In this document: positions 1 to 10,386 of the stretch, piece by piece | Layout of the letters: every line of letters begins with the position of its first letter | Numbering within the stretch: position 1 is the stretch's first letter | DNA from: an uncultured Candidatus Rokubacteria bacterium | GTDB taxonomy: Bacteria > Methylomirabilota > Methylomirabilia > Rokubacteriales > CSP1-6 | DNA: 64,000 bases | Direction of reading: 5' to 3' | Assembly (NCBI GenBank): GCA_963762145.1 | Contig: CAVXJS010000021.1 | Span: forward strand, 576,001-640,000 | Made by a program: the position numbers and the translations under genes | The notes under the pieces: model-generated | Told to the model about the DNA's origin: nothing | What the model saw: only the letters and a program-made list of their open reading frames with translations | Databases searched by the model: none

Positions 1-114
1 GGTCATGGAACTTCGAACGTGGCTAGAATGGTGCTACGCGACGGAAGCTGAGGCGGTTGCGGACCGGCGATGTAGCGTTCCGAGCGGTGCGGCTGCGAGT
101 CACGGAGGGAGCGC

Positions 115-351
115 ATGAACGACCGGGCGAACGACCATGTGACGCTTCTAGGTGTCGCACTCGCCGGGGCTGTTAGCATGGCGGCTGGAGAAGGCGACTG
201 GCAAGCGACGAGTAGCCTCATCGGTGGGACGCTCATTCTTATCCTAGTCACATACGAGCCGCCCGGTGTCGGCGGCAATTGGTTGCGTGGGGTTTCCTGG
301 GGCGCAGTTCTAGGATTGTGTCTCATACTCGTGGCTGGGCCATTCATCTGA
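115..351 (+). CDS. Hypothetical small membrane protein (possibly frameshifted, may continue to ~450)
   Basis: 78-aa ORF with three hydrophobic stretches, preceded by GAGGGAG; another hydrophobic stretch (QCLSVIIWGISVAIGIVL) follows in a different frame. Confidence 0.4.
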   Translation: MNDRANDHVTLLGVALAGAVSMAAGEGDWQATSSLIGGTLILILVTYEPPGVGGNWLRGVSWGAVLGLCLILVAGPFI

Positions 352-528
352 ACCCGCCGGACAGCCCGCGGGCCCAATGCCTGTCCGTGATTATTTGGGG
401 CATTTCGGTGGCAATTGGCATCGTACTCTGCCGTCGCACTCCCGGATGACTGGCAACCTCGAAGGTCGCTGCCCTTTAGATGAGCGCCCGGCACGGATCA
501 GCGGCTTTAGTCTAACGGGACCAACTAA

Positions 529-1382
529 CTAGCGCAGCGCCCGCCCTACTTCCTCGACCATACCGACGTAGATGCTTCGTCGCCCATGACATTTGATGAT
601 GCGTCGATCCCCTACACGCGGTTCTTGATAGAACGCAACCCCTGACAAGATCGTGCTCCCTACCTCTAGGTCCCGGTTCGCATTCCGCTTCACGGGGACT
701 TGCCACAGGCCCGCGCCACTGTAGCCACCAAAGTCGGTTGGCGGTCCGTTCTGGCCACCGTATCCAGCTTCAAAGTCCAAGTAGTCGAACTCGCCGGTGA
801 CATACTCAGTCTCGACCCACCCTCTGCCGATTCCACCCTCGAAGGTAACTATCTGATTAAATCCCCGTTCAGGACCCGCGCGGTGGTGCCTTCACCGGCG
901 AACCCGCATAGGAACCACAGACCCTCAGTCAAAGCCCGGGGCGCTGGTAACACGTAGTCAGCGGAGAGCTGATAGAACGATTTTCGGGCTAGGAGTGGTC
1001 CTACGTCCACATCTGCTAACACTAGTAGCCCAAGATCAGGGCCGTCCTCTGCGCGACATCCGGTCTGCAAGGTTACGCTACGTGTGGCGTATCGCGGGAT
1101 CGTCGCGCGCTGGATGAGGGGCTGATTCGTACCCGCGTACAAGAGACCGATAGTGTCGCTTTCTCGCAGGTGTGCAAGTACGTGGGCGGCGGTGAGAACT
1201 CCGTACGTGCCTCCCACGCGAACCAACGTACCCGAGCCGCCAAGTTCCGCTATCTCGCCAGTGCCTAGACCCGGCCGGACGAATCCTATCGAGAAGTTCG
1301 AGATTCTCTGACAGGCGTCCTCGATCAGCTCAGGCGGCAATGCGGTTAGCGGAACGATGTCGGGATCGTCTTCTTGGGCCAC
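529..1382 (-). CDS. Trypsin-like serine protease, split by one frameshift near 870-890
   Basis: ORF 849-1382 has GSGTLV, LTAAHV (His) and PDLGLL (Asp); the second frame continues FNQIVTFEGG..DFGGYSGAGLW (Ser). Confidence 0.65.
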
Positions 1383-1552
1383 GTCAGTCGGCTCCCATCA
1401 GCGGAACGTTAGCGACCCGAGCCTTCCTTGATGGCGAGAAGTCTACCAAACACCGTAGACGGCTTGGATACGCACGAATCCGCAAGTCGGGCGCACGAAG
1501 ACACTCTAACCTCACGAGAAATGGAGGGTCTCGTGTATCGTGGTTGATAACC

Positions 1553-2098
1553 ATGCGTGCGCGCGTCGTCGCCTCCCTCCTCGCGCTTGCCGCTCTCCTC
1601 TTTCTCGTCGCGCCGTCGATCACCCCCTCGCCCACCGGCGGCCCTTCACTCACCGCCAACCCCTCTCTCCCCAGAGGGGAGAGGGCGGAGCTGAGTGGGA
1701 CGGTGGTGCGGACGGTGGATGGGGACACCGTGTGGGTCAAGCTGGCGAGCGGGGTGGAGAAGGTGCGGTACATCGGGATCGACACGCCGGAGGTCCATCA
1801 CCCGACCCGCGGGGAGGAGCCGGGCGGACGCGCGGCCACCGAGATCAACCGCGGGCTCGTGGGCGACCGCCCGGTGCGGCTCGAGCCCGACGTGCAGCTC
1901 CGCGACCGCCACGGGCGTCTCCTGGCCTACGTGTGGGTCAAGCGCGCGGACGGCGCGGAGGTCATGGTCAACGCGGAGATGGTGCGCCTCGGCTACGCCC
2001 AGGTGTTGACGGTCCCGCCCAACGTGCGGCACGCGGAGATGTTCCGCAAGCTGGCCGCCGAGGCCCGCGAGCAGCGCCGGGGCCTCTGGGCGCCCTGA
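1553..2098 (+). CDS. Thermonuclease (SNase family), secreted or membrane-anchored
   Basis: Signal peptide MRARVVASLLALAALL; motifs VDGDT, VRYIGIDTPE, DRHGRLLAYV, NAEMVRLGYA, EAREQRRGLW. Confidence 0.92.
   Translation: MRARVVASLLALAALLFLVAPSITPSPTGGPSLTANPSLPRGERAELSGTVVRTVDGDTVWVKLASGVEKVRYIGIDTPEVHHPTRGEEPGGRAATEINRGLVGDRPVRLEPDVQLRDRHGRLLAYVWVKRADGAEVMVNAEMVRLGYAQVLTVPPNVRHAEMFRKLAAEAREQRRGLWAP
1661..1685. repeat. REP-like palindrome (CCCTCTCCC-n-GGGAGAGGG family) inside the nuclease CDS
   Basis: ccctctctccccagaggggagaggg; same family as 8725, 10392 and 63873. Confidence 0.6.
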
Positions 2099-2117
2099 GC
2101 GGTATACTGGGCCTTCC

Positions 2118-3113
2118 ATGAAGATCGGCTCGGTCGAGATCCCCGCGCTGGCCCGCCTGGCCCCGATGGCCGGCATCACCAATGCGCCATTCCGGCTCGT
2201 CGCGCGGGAGTGCGGCAGCGGGCTCACCACCTCCGAGGAAATGGACGCCTCCGCGCTGCTCACCGGCCACCCGCACGCCGACGCGATCGCCGCGTACTAT
2301 CCCGAGGAGCGGCCGCTGGCCATGCAGCTCCTCGGGAAGGATCCCGATCTGCTCGCGCGGGCCGCCGAGCGCTGCCAGCTCCTGGGCGCCGACATCGTGG
2401 ATCTGAACATGGGCTGCCCGATGCCCAAGATCACCGGCAAGGGCAAGGGCGCCGCGCTGATGCGCGACGTCGCCGCGACCTCGGTGGTCCTGCGCGCGCT
2501 CCGCAAGGCGGTGAGCGTGCCGCTCACGGTCAAGATCCGCGGCGGCTGGGACGACGAGCATCTCAACGCGGTCGAGGTCGCCCAGATGGCGGAGGCCGAG
2601 GGCGTGGACGCCATCACGGTCCACCCGCGCACGCGCTCGCAACGCTTCACCGGCCGCGCGCCCTGGACGATCATCCGCGAGGTCGTGGAGGCGGTGTCGG
2701 TGCCGGTCACCGGCAACGGCGACGTGCACTCGATGGCGGAGGCGCGGCGCATGGTCGCGGAGACCGGCTGCGTCTCGGTGATGGTCGGCCGCGGCGCGCT
2801 CGGCAGCCCCTGGATCTTCGACGAGTCGTTCGAGGCGCTCTCGCGCGAGGGCCAGCGCGCCTACAAGGCCCGCGTGATTGCCCGGCACGTGGCGCTGATC
2901 CGCGAGCACTTCGGCGAGAAGTACGCGCTGGTGCAGATGAAGAAGCACCTCGCGTGGTACACGGAGGGGCTCGGCCACGCCACCGAGTGCCGCGCCCGCA
3001 TCTTCCAGACGCGCGAGCCGGACGAGGTGTGGGACCTGTTCCAGTCCTACTGGGAGCGCCCCCGCCCCGAAATCTCCCAGACCGCCTCGACCTGGTCGCC
3101 CCGCATCGCGTAG
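2118..3113 (+). CDS. dusB: tRNA-dihydrouridine synthase
   Basis: LAPMAGITN, DLNMGCP, GAALMRD, TVKIRGGW, HPRTR, NGDV, MVGRG motifs. Confidence 0.92.
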   Translation: MKIGSVEIPALARLAPMAGITNAPFRLVARECGSGLTTSEEMDASALLTGHPHADAIAAYYPEERPLAMQLLGKDPDLLARAAERCQLLGADIVDLNMGCPMPKITGKGKGAALMRDVAATSVVLRALRKAVSVPLTVKIRGGWDDEHLNAVEVAQMAEAEGVDAITVHPRTRSQRFTGRAPWTIIREVVEAVSVPVTGNGDVHSMAEARRMVAETGCVSVMVGRGALGSPWIFDESFEALSREGQRAYKARVIARHVALIREHFGEKYALVQMKKHLAWYTEGLGHATECRARIFQTREPDEVWDLFQSYWERPRPEISQTASTWSPRIA

Positions 3114-4147
3114 ATCCGGTCGTAGAGGTTGATGGTCGGATCGCAGTGCGGCGGGAAGAACTCGATGAGCTGCCCGAGCTTGGGCAGCCGCCCCGGCTCG
3201 CTGGTCATGAGCCGTCCGTGCTCGTCACCCGCCCAGGAGAACTCGACCCCGGGCCACTCGACCGTCTCCGGCACGAACGGCCGGTCGGTGGAGAACGCCT
3301 TGAAGCCGCCGTCCACCATCGCCATCTCCGCGGTCGGCACGCTCACCACCGTGGTCAGCACGGTCAGCGCCATCTCGAAGTCGTCGTAGGCCGCCCCGCG
3401 CGGGCCGCCGATGCGCCGGTAGTCGAGGTCCATCACGCAGTAGGAGCCGGACTGCAGCTCGGTGAGCCCCTCGAGATCCACGTCGATGTTGAAGGTGCCG
3501 CTCGACCCGCCGGTCACGATCTCCACCGCCATGCCGTGCTTCTCGAAGAGCTCGCGTGTCCGCATGAGCCGGCTCATCCAGCGCTTCGACGACCGCCGCC
3601 GCTCCTCGAAGCCCATCACGTGGGCGCAGTGGCCCGCGTAGCCCTGCAGCCCGCGGAGGTGGAGCGCGGGCTGCGCGAGCACCTCGCGGCCCAGATCCCG
3701 CGCCGGCTCGCCCGGCTGGCACCCGGTACGGCGGCCGCCCACGTCCACGTCCACCAGCACGTTGAGCACGAGGCCCGCGTCCTTCACGGCCCGACCGAGC
3801 TCGTGCACGTTGTCCGGGTGGTCCACGACCGCCATGGTCTCGGGCTGGCGCCGGAGCACGTCCAGCAGCCGGCCGATCTTCTCGGGCCCCACCACCTCGG
3901 TGGTGATGAGGAGATTGCGCACGCCGGCGGCGGCCATGACCTCGGCCTCGCTCACCTTCGCCACGCAGACGCCGACCGCGCCGGCCGCGATCTGACGGCG
4001 GGCGATCTCCGGGCACTTGTGGGTCTTGGAGTGGGGGCGGAGCTTCTTGCCGGCGGCCTTCACGTGGGCCGCCATCTTCTGGATATTGCGCTCGAAGCGG
4101 TCGAGGTCCAGCAGCAGCGCGGGCGTGGGGAGCTCGGATCGGTTCAT
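3047..4147 (-). CDS. D-threonine aldolase / D-serine dehydratase (DSD1) family PLP enzyme
   Basis: LPTPALLLDL, RPHSKTHK (PLP Lys), RTG, QSGSY, DEHG, PHCDPTINLYD. Confidence 0.9.
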   Translation of the reverse strand: MNRSELPTPALLLDLDRFERNIQKMAAHVKAAGKKLRPHSKTHKCPEIARRQIAAGAVGVCVAKVSEAEVMAAAGVRNLLITTEVVGPEKIGRLLDVLRRQPETMAVVDHPDNVHELGRAVKDAGLVLNVLVDVDVGGRRTGCQPGEPARDLGREVLAQPALHLRGLQGYAGHCAHVMGFEERRRSSKRWMSRLMRTRELFEKHGMAVEIVTGGSSGTFNIDVDLEGLTELQSGSYCVMDLDYRRIGGPRGAAYDDFEMALTVLTTVVSVPTAEMAMVDGGFKAFSTDRPFVPETVEWPGVEFSWAGDEHGRLMTSEPGRLPKLGQLIEFFPPHCDPTINLYDRIYAMRGDQVEAVWEISGRGRSQ

Positions 4148-4217
4148 GGCGCACGGAGCATACCATGCGCCGACGCGACCCCGGCCGGCGGCGCGGCCGG
4201 AGTCGCGGGAGAGACAG

Positions 4218-4712
4218 CTAGAGCGCGCGAGCGCGGCGCCGCGCGTCGGCCTCCGCGCGAATCGCCAGCTCGGCGGCCTCGGCCTTGGCCAGCCGCTCGG
4301 TCTCACGATCGCCCAGGCGCCCGAACGCTTCGCCCGCCGCCAGCATGCCATCGCGCGATCCCTGCCGGTGCGCCCGGAGCAGCGCGGTCCGGTAGGCGCG
4401 GCGCGCGCGGGGCTCGAAGACGTCGGCGCTCCCGGTGGCCCGGGCCGCGCGCATGGCCGCATCGCCCACCGCGATCATCCCGGGCCAGTCACGGCTGGCG
4501 TGTGCGGCGACGTAGGCCTCGCGCCACGCCGCGGTGATGGCCACCCTGTCGCCACCCGCGAGCGCCCGGTCCATCTCGGCGATCCTGGCGGCCCAGTCGC
4601 CGCGATCGGCATCGGCCGAGGCCTCCGGGATCAGGGGCAGCACGACCCCTCCCGCCAGAACCAGGAGGAACAGGAGCAGCACGAGCGATGCCGTCCGCGT
4701 TCGATGTCTCAT
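4218..4712 (-). CDS. Hypothetical exported helical protein
   Basis: GAGGAGGG RBS, N-terminal hydrophobic segment, Ala-rich helical body. Confidence 0.6.
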   Translation of the reverse strand: MRHRTRTASLVLLLFLLVLAGGVVLPLIPEASADADRGDWAARIAEMDRALAGGDRVAITAAWREAYVAAHASRDWPGMIAVGDAAMRAARATGSADVFEPRARRAYRTALLRAHRQGSRDGMLAAGEAFGRLGDRETERLAKAEAAELAIRAEADARRRARAL

Positions 4713-4895
4713 GGCGCCCTCCTCGCTGAGCTGAAGCATCTGGCCGAGGATCTAGCACCACCTGTGCCACGCCGAACCCCGCGAAAATATTGGAAAGGAG
4801 GGAACCCCGTGTCCATCCACGAACGGCACGACGCCCGATCACGGCAAAATACCCGGCACCACCGAGTAAGGGCAGGTGGCGGACCGAGCGGCCGC

Positions 4896-5351
4896 TCAGG
4901 AAGGCTCGACGCTCACCCGGTCGGGCAGCTCGTTGACGTCGTCGGGGCGCCGCGGGAAGTGCCGTCGCAGCACCGCGCCCACCTCGCCGACGGCATGGAT
5001 CAGACCGTCGCGGAACCGCTCAGCGCGGAAGTGCCCCAGCACCGCCTCCACCAGCCCGTCCCAGTAGGCCTGGCCCACCCGCTCGTGGATGCCGCGGTCG
5101 CCCAGCACCGCGAGCTTGTGGTCCCCGACACTCACGTAGATGAGCACCCCGTGGCGCGCGGCGGTCCGGTGCATGCCGAGCCGCTCGAAGATCAGCGCGC
5201 CGCGCGCCAGCGGCTCCCCGGGGCAGCGCGCGTCGAGATGCACCCGGATCTCCGCGGAGGTCGCGGCCTCCGCGGCCGCGATGGCCGCGGCCACCGCGTC
5301 CAGATCGGGCTCGCTCAGGAATCGCCGCACCCAGCGTGGATGACGCGCCAT
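4896..5351 (-). CDS. TPM domain (DUF477-like) protein
   Basis: AIAAAEAATSAEIRVH, GVLIYV, GDRGI, FPRRPDDVNELPD; coupled to the upstream TPM gene. Confidence 0.9.
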   Translation of the reverse strand: MARHPRWVRRFLSEPDLDAVAAAIAAAEAATSAEIRVHLDARCPGEPLARGALIFERLGMHRTAARHGVLIYVSVGDHKLAVLGDRGIHERVGQAYWDGLVEAVLGHFRAERFRDGLIHAVGEVGAVLRRHFPRRPDDVNELPDRVSVEPS

Positions 5352-6118
5352 CACCAGCTCCCGCTCGAGCCGCCGCCGCCGAAGCTGCCGCCGCCCCCGC
5401 TGAATCCGCCGCCACTGCTGCCCCCGCTCCCGCCGCCGAACCCGCCCCCGCCGATGAACGGCCCGCCCCAGCCCGTCGAGCTCCCGGTCCACCCGCGTCG
5501 CCGCACGTTCGCGCGCGCCACCTGGTTCTGCACCAGGATCATGACCAGCACGAATACCACGAACAGCGCGCCCAGCTCACGCGCGCCGAACCCGTTGGAG
5601 CGGCCGCCCTGGCCCGCCGCGGGCGGGCGGGCGTAGGTGCCGGCGATCGCGCGGTCGATGGCGTCGAGCCCCGCCGCGATGCCGTCCGCGGTGCGGCCCT
5701 CGCGGAAGCGCGGGGCGACGACGTCACGGAGAATGGACGACGAGATGGCGTCGGTGAGCCCGCCCTCGAGCCCGTAGCCGACCTCGATGCGCATCTTCCG
5801 GTCGTCGAGGAAGACGAGGAAGATGACGCCGTTGTCGAGGCCCTTCTGGCCGATCCGCCAGGCCTGCGCCAGCCGGATCGAGTACCCCTCGAGGCTCTCG
5901 CCCTCGAGCGAGCGGAAGATGGCGACCACCACCTGGTTGCGGCTGGTGGTCTCCCGGGCCGCGAGCTGCTGCTCGAGGCGATCCCGGTCCGCGGGAGTCA
6001 GCGCGCCCGCGTAGTCGTTGATGCGCCGGGTCGGCGACGGCGGAACCCCCAGCGCCGCCGCGCCCGTCGCGACCAGCAGCACGAGGAGCAGCGTGCCGAG
6101 CGCGGCGCGGCGGAACAT
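5351..6118 (-). CDS. TPM domain membrane protein (YgcG-like)
   Basis: INDYAGAL, WRIGQKGLDNGV, RIEVGYGLEG, Gly/Ser tail FSGGGGSFGGGGSSGSW. Confidence 0.92.
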   Translation of the reverse strand: MFRRAALGTLLLVLLVATGAAALGVPPSPTRRINDYAGALTPADRDRLEQQLAARETTSRNQVVVAIFRSLEGESLEGYSIRLAQAWRIGQKGLDNGVIFLVFLDDRKMRIEVGYGLEGGLTDAISSSILRDVVAPRFREGRTADGIAAGLDAIDRAIAGTYARPPAAGQGGRSNGFGARELGALFVVFVLVMILVQNQVARANVRRRGWTGSSTGWGGPFIGGGGFGGGSGGSSGGGFSGGGGSFGGGGSSGSW

Positions 6119-6143
6119 CGGCTCGCTCCGCTCGAAGCGCCCG

Positions 6144-6737
6144 CTAGAACTTCACCTTGGGCGCTTCCTGGCTGCCCGGCGCCGCTTCGAAGTAGGCCTT
6201 CTCCTTGAATCCGCGGAGCGAGGCCACCAGGCTGCCCGGAAAGAGCCGCAGGCGGGTGTTGTAGTCGCGCACCACCTCGCTGTAGCGCATGCGCTCCACC
6301 GCGATGCGGTTCTCGGTGCCCTCGAGCTGGCTCTGGAGCGTCAGGAAGTTCTGGTTCGACTTGAGGTCGGGATAGCGCTCGACGGTGACGAGCAGCCGGG
6401 CGAGCGCGCCGCCCAGCTCCTGCTGGGCCGCCTGGAACTTGCGGAACGCCTCCGGATCGTTGACCAGCTCGGGCGTGGCCTTGATCCCGGCCACGCTGGC
6501 CCGCGCCTTGGTCACTTCCTCGAGCACGGTCCGCTCCTGCGCCGCGTAGCCCTTCACGGTCTCCACCAGGTTCGGAATGAGGTCCGCGCGGCGCTGGTAG
6601 ACGTTCTGCACCTGCGCCCACTTCTCGTTGACCGCCTGCTCCTGGGCCACGAGCTGGTTGTTGATGCCGATGGCCCAGCCGATGCCACCGACCACGATGA
6701 GGGCGATCACGCCCAGCACGATCAGTCCAGTTTTCAT
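6144..6737 (-). CDS. lemA: LemA family protein
   Basis: YQRRADLIPNLVETVKGYA, ERYPDLKSNQNF, LEGTENRIAVER; first gene of the lemA-TPM-TPM operon. Confidence 0.95.
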   Translation of the reverse strand: MKTGLIVLGVIALIVVGGIGWAIGINNQLVAQEQAVNEKWAQVQNVYQRRADLIPNLVETVKGYAAQERTVLEEVTKARASVAGIKATPELVNDPEAFRKFQAAQQELGGALARLLVTVERYPDLKSNQNFLTLQSQLEGTENRIAVERMRYSEVVRDYNTRLRLFPGSLVASLRGFKEKAYFEAAPGSQEAPKVKF

Positions 6738-6757
6738 GGCCTCAGTATACCCCGCGC

Positions 6758-7789
6758 TCACCCGCCCAGGTGCGCGACGACCGCGGCGGCGAACTCGGCG
6801 GTGCCGAGCGTGCCGCCCAGGTCGCGCGTCTTCTGTCCCTGGGCGAGCGCCTGGTTGTAGGCGTCCTTGATCCGCTGCGCGCACTCCGCGCACGCCGGGT
6901 CCTCGCGGGTCTCGGCCAGGTAGTTGAGCATCATCACCGCCGACATCAGCAGCGCGAGCGGGTTGGCGAGGTTGCGGCCCGCGATGTCGGGCGCCGAGCC
7001 GTGCACCGCCTCGAAGACCGCGCACTGGTCGCCGATGTTGGCGCCCGGCACCACCCCGAGCCCGCCCACCAGGCCCGCGCACAGATCGCTCAGCACGTCG
7101 CCGTAGAGGTTCTCGAGCAGGAGCAGGTCGAAGCGCGTGGGGTCCTGCACCAGCCCCATGCAGCCCGCGTCGATGATCATCTCCTCGTAGTCGATCTCGG
7201 AGAACTCCGCGTCGTGGACCGCCCGGGCGCAGCGGAGGAACATGCCGTCGGTGAGCTTCATGATGTTGGCCTTGTGGAAGACCGTGACCTTCTTGCGCCC
7301 GCGCTGGCGCGCGTAGCGGAAGGCCCAGCGCGCGATGCGCGTGCACGCCTTCTCGGTGGCGACCTTGATGGTGGTCACCACCCCGGGCGCGAGCGTCGTC
7401 TCGATGCCCGAGTAGAGGCCCTCGGTGTTCTCGCGCACGATGACCAGGTCGACCCCGCTGAACCGGGTGGGCACGCCGGCGAGGTTCCGCACCGGCCGCA
7501 CCGCCGCGTAGAGGTTGAGCTCCTTGCGCAGCCGCACGTTGATCGAGGTGAAGCCCTCGCCGATCGGCGTGGTGCACGGCCCCTTGAGCGCGACCTGGTG
7601 GCGGGTGATCGCCTCGAGCGTCTCCCCGGGCAGCACGTCCTGGCCCTGCTCCAGCGCGGCCAGGCCCGCCCGGCCCTCCACCCACTCGAGCGGCGCGCCC
7701 GCCGCGCCGAGGATGCGCCGCACCGCGGCGGTCACCTCCGGCCCGATCCCGTCGCCGGGAATGAGGACGACCTGATGATGGCGGGGCAT
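6758..7789 (-). CDS. Isocitrate/isopropylmalate dehydrogenase family (NAD-IDH-like)
   Basis: LIPGDGIGPEV, ALKGPCTTP, RENTEGLYSG, HKANIMK, NLYGDVLSD, FEAVHGSAPDIAG. Confidence 0.92.
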   Translation of the reverse strand: MPRHHQVVLIPGDGIGPEVTAAVRRILGAAGAPLEWVEGRAGLAALEQGQDVLPGETLEAITRHQVALKGPCTTPIGEGFTSINVRLRKELNLYAAVRPVRNLAGVPTRFSGVDLVIVRENTEGLYSGIETTLAPGVVTTIKVATEKACTRIARWAFRYARQRGRKKVTVFHKANIMKLTDGMFLRCARAVHDAEFSEIDYEEMIIDAGCMGLVQDPTRFDLLLLENLYGDVLSDLCAGLVGGLGVVPGANIGDQCAVFEAVHGSAPDIAGRNLANPLALLMSAVMMLNYLAETREDPACAECAQRIKDAYNQALAQGQKTRDLGGTLGTAEFAAAVVAHLGG

Positions 7790-7849
7790 GCGTCCATTGT
7801 ACGCGCATGCCGTGTTTGTTAGAGTGCGCGGCAAGGAGGACGACGCCCC

Positions 7850-8710
7850 ATGACGGACGCGGTGCATCTCGGCAGCGGCAAGGTCCGCGAGCTGTACGCC
7901 CTCGACGACGAGCGGCTGCTCCTCGTCGCCTCGGACCGGATCTCCACCTTCGACGTGGTCCTGCCCACCGAGATCCCCGACAAGGGCCGCGTGCTGACCG
8001 GGCTCGCCGCCTTCTGGTTCGCCCGCACCCGCGCCATCACCCCGAACCACCTGCTCGCGATCCGGCCCGACGGCCGGTCCACCGAGTGCCGGCGGCTTCA
8101 GATGCTGCCGATCGAGTGCGTGGTGCGCGGCTACCTCTCCGGATCGGGCTGGAAGGACTACGGCAAGACGGGCGAGGTATGCGGCCACCGCCTCCCGGCG
8201 GGGCTCCGCGAGTCGGACCGCCTGCCCGAGCCGATCTTCACGCCGGCCACGAAGGCGACCAGCGGCCACGACGAGAACATCACGGGCGCGCAGGCGGCGG
8301 CGCTCGTGGGCGCCGAGCGGTTCGCGGAAGCGGAGCGGCTCTCGATCGCGCTCTACCGCTCCGCGGCGGCCTACGCGCTCGAGCGCGGCATCATCATCGC
8401 CGACACCAAGTTCGAGTTCGGCGTGGACCGCGACGGCCGGCTCGTGCTGGGTGACGAGGCGCTGACCCCGGACTCCTCGCGCTTCTGGCCCGCCGATCAG
8501 TACGCTCCGGGCGGCCCGCAGCCCTCGTACGACAAGCAGTACGTGCGCGACTACTGCGAGAAGATCGGCTGGGGCAAGACCTATCCCGGCCCCGAGCTGC
8601 CCGCGGACGTGGTGAGCGGCACCCGCCGGCGCTACATCGAAGCCTTCGAGCAGCTCACCGGCCTTTCGTTCGACGCCTACCTCGCGAACCCGTCCGTCGT
8701 CCTGAAGTAG
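7850..8710 (+). CDS. purC: SAICAR synthase
   Basis: GKVRELY, SDRISTFD, PIECVVRGYLSGSG, IADTKFEFG, DEALTPDSSRFW, SYDKQYVRD. Confidence 0.96.
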   Translation: MTDAVHLGSGKVRELYALDDERLLLVASDRISTFDVVLPTEIPDKGRVLTGLAAFWFARTRAITPNHLLAIRPDGRSTECRRLQMLPIECVVRGYLSGSGWKDYGKTGEVCGHRLPAGLRESDRLPEPIFTPATKATSGHDENITGAQAAALVGAERFAEAERLSIALYRSAAAYALERGIIIADTKFEFGVDRDGRLVLGDEALTPDSSRFWPADQYAPGGPQPSYDKQYVRDYCEKIGWGKTYPGPELPADVVSGTRRRYIEAFEQLTGLSFDAYLANPSVVLK

Positions 8711-10386
8711 CCTTCTTCCCCTTACCCTCTCCCCGCCGGGGAGAGGGCAGGGTGAGGGGGCCCTCGCGTCCAACGTACCCGCGCTCGGCATCCCGCGCCC
8801 GCAGCTCGGCCGGCCGCTGCCCCGCGGGCCCGTATCCCCCACCCCCCGGCGTGCTCACGAGCACGCGGTCACCCTGCTCCAGCACGTGCTGCCGCCGATG
8901 GTCCACCTTCTTGCCGTTGATCCGCACGTCGCCGAGCCCGCCCGCGCCGCCGCCCGCGAGCCCGGGCGCGGGGAAGCGCGTGCGCTCGGCCATGAAGCTC
9001 AGCACGATCGGGCGCTTCGACTGGCTCTCGATCAGCATGTCCTGGCCGAGCCCTCCGCGGAACCGCCCGCGCCCGCCGGATCCCCCGCGCATGCGCTTGT
9101 AGTGGAAGAAGAGCGGGCTGTTCCGCTCGGCCACCTCCACCGGCGTGCTCGAGATGTTGCTGGGCCACGAGAGCACGTGCTCGCCGTCCTTCCCTGCCGT
9201 CGCGCCCATGCCGCCGTTGAAGAAGAGCACGGTGGTGTACGGCCGCCCGTCGTCGCGCACGCCGGACTGGGCCACCGCCCAGAGGGGCGAGCCCGCCGCG
9301 GCGGCGACCCGATCCGGGATCACCTGGTGCAGGGCGCCCAGGATCAGGATCGGCACGTAGTGCCCGGTCTGGGCGCGGCTCACCACCGCGGCCGGGAAAC
9401 TTCGGGTTCAGCAGGCAGCCTTCGGGCGCCTCCACCTTCACCGGCCGGTACATGCCCTCGTTGTTGGGCAGCCCCGGCAGCAGCGCGCAGCGTACCGCGT
9501 AGGCGGTCATGGCGTACGTGTAGGCCATCACGCAGTTGATGGCGCGCGGCTGCGCGGGCGAGGTGCCCGTGAAGTCGGCCACGATCTCGTCGCCCCGCAC
9601 CGTGAGCGCCACGCGAAAACGGTAGGGCGCCTCGAAGCCGTCGGTCTCGATCCCGTAGCGGTAGGTGCCGTCGGGGACCATGCGAATAGCGTCCCGCATT
9701 GCTCGCTCGGAGCGGGCGAAGAGCTCGTCGGCCAGGCCCTCGAGCGAGTCGAGCGCGTACTCGACCATGAGGCTGCGCACGCGATTTTCCATCAGCTCGT
9801 TGGCGCTCACCTGCGCGTAGATGTCCCCCACCGTCTGGTCCGGCGTCCGCACGTTGGCGCGCAGGAGGCCGAGCAGCGTCTCGTCCACCTGCCCTTCCCG
9901 CATCAGATGGGTGAGCGGGATGTGGAAGCCCTCCTCGAACAGCTCGCGCGCCTCGATCGCGCGGATGCGGCCGCCGATGTCGGGCATGTGGGCCGTGGTC
10001 GCCGAGAAGGCGACCAATCGCGGTTTACTGCCCTCCTTGAGGAGGAAGATGGGCTTGACCAGGCAGACGTCGCTCATGTGGCCGGTGCCCTGCCACGGAT
10101 CGTTGGTGATCAGCACGTCGCCGGGCCGCATGCGCTCGGGGCCGATGCCGGCGAGGAAGTGGCGCACCGTCGCGGGCAGCGTGCCGATGAAGGACGGGAT
10201 GCTGCCCGAGTTCTGGGCGAGCGCGAACCCGCGCGCGTCGGTGAGCACGCAGGCGAAGTCGTTGGCCTCGTTGGAGAGGGTCGAGAACGAGGTACGCACG
10301 ATCGCCTTGGCCGCCTCGTCGACCACCGAGATGATCCGCGTCCACAGCACCTCCAGCGTGATCGCGTCGAACGCGGTGGACGTCAT
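8655..10386 (-). CDS. Hydantoinase B / 5-oxoprolinase family subunit, frameshift near 9390-9400
   Basis: DAITLEVLW, RTSFS, NDPWQGTGH, HMPDIGG, then in a second frame GGMGA, TPVEVAE, SGGRGRFRGGLG, TPGGGGYG. Confidence 0.9.
8725..8759. repeat. REP-like palindrome between the convergent purC and hydantoinase B genes
   Basis: ccctctccccgccggggagagggcagggtgagggg. Confidence 0.75.

Noticed and set aside
349-351. UGA read-through in the 115-351 ORF
   Set aside because: No Cys-type redox motif or SECIS-like hairpin; the plausible continuation is in another frame
1480-1550. AAATGGAGGG... as a tRNA 3' end or prophage att site; dus-associated island
   Set aside because: No T-arm or cloverleaf, no partner repeat in the window, and the boundary is not within dusB
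5351-5480. GGC/GGS-rich repeat
   Set aside because: Normal Gly/Ser tail of TPM-domain proteins
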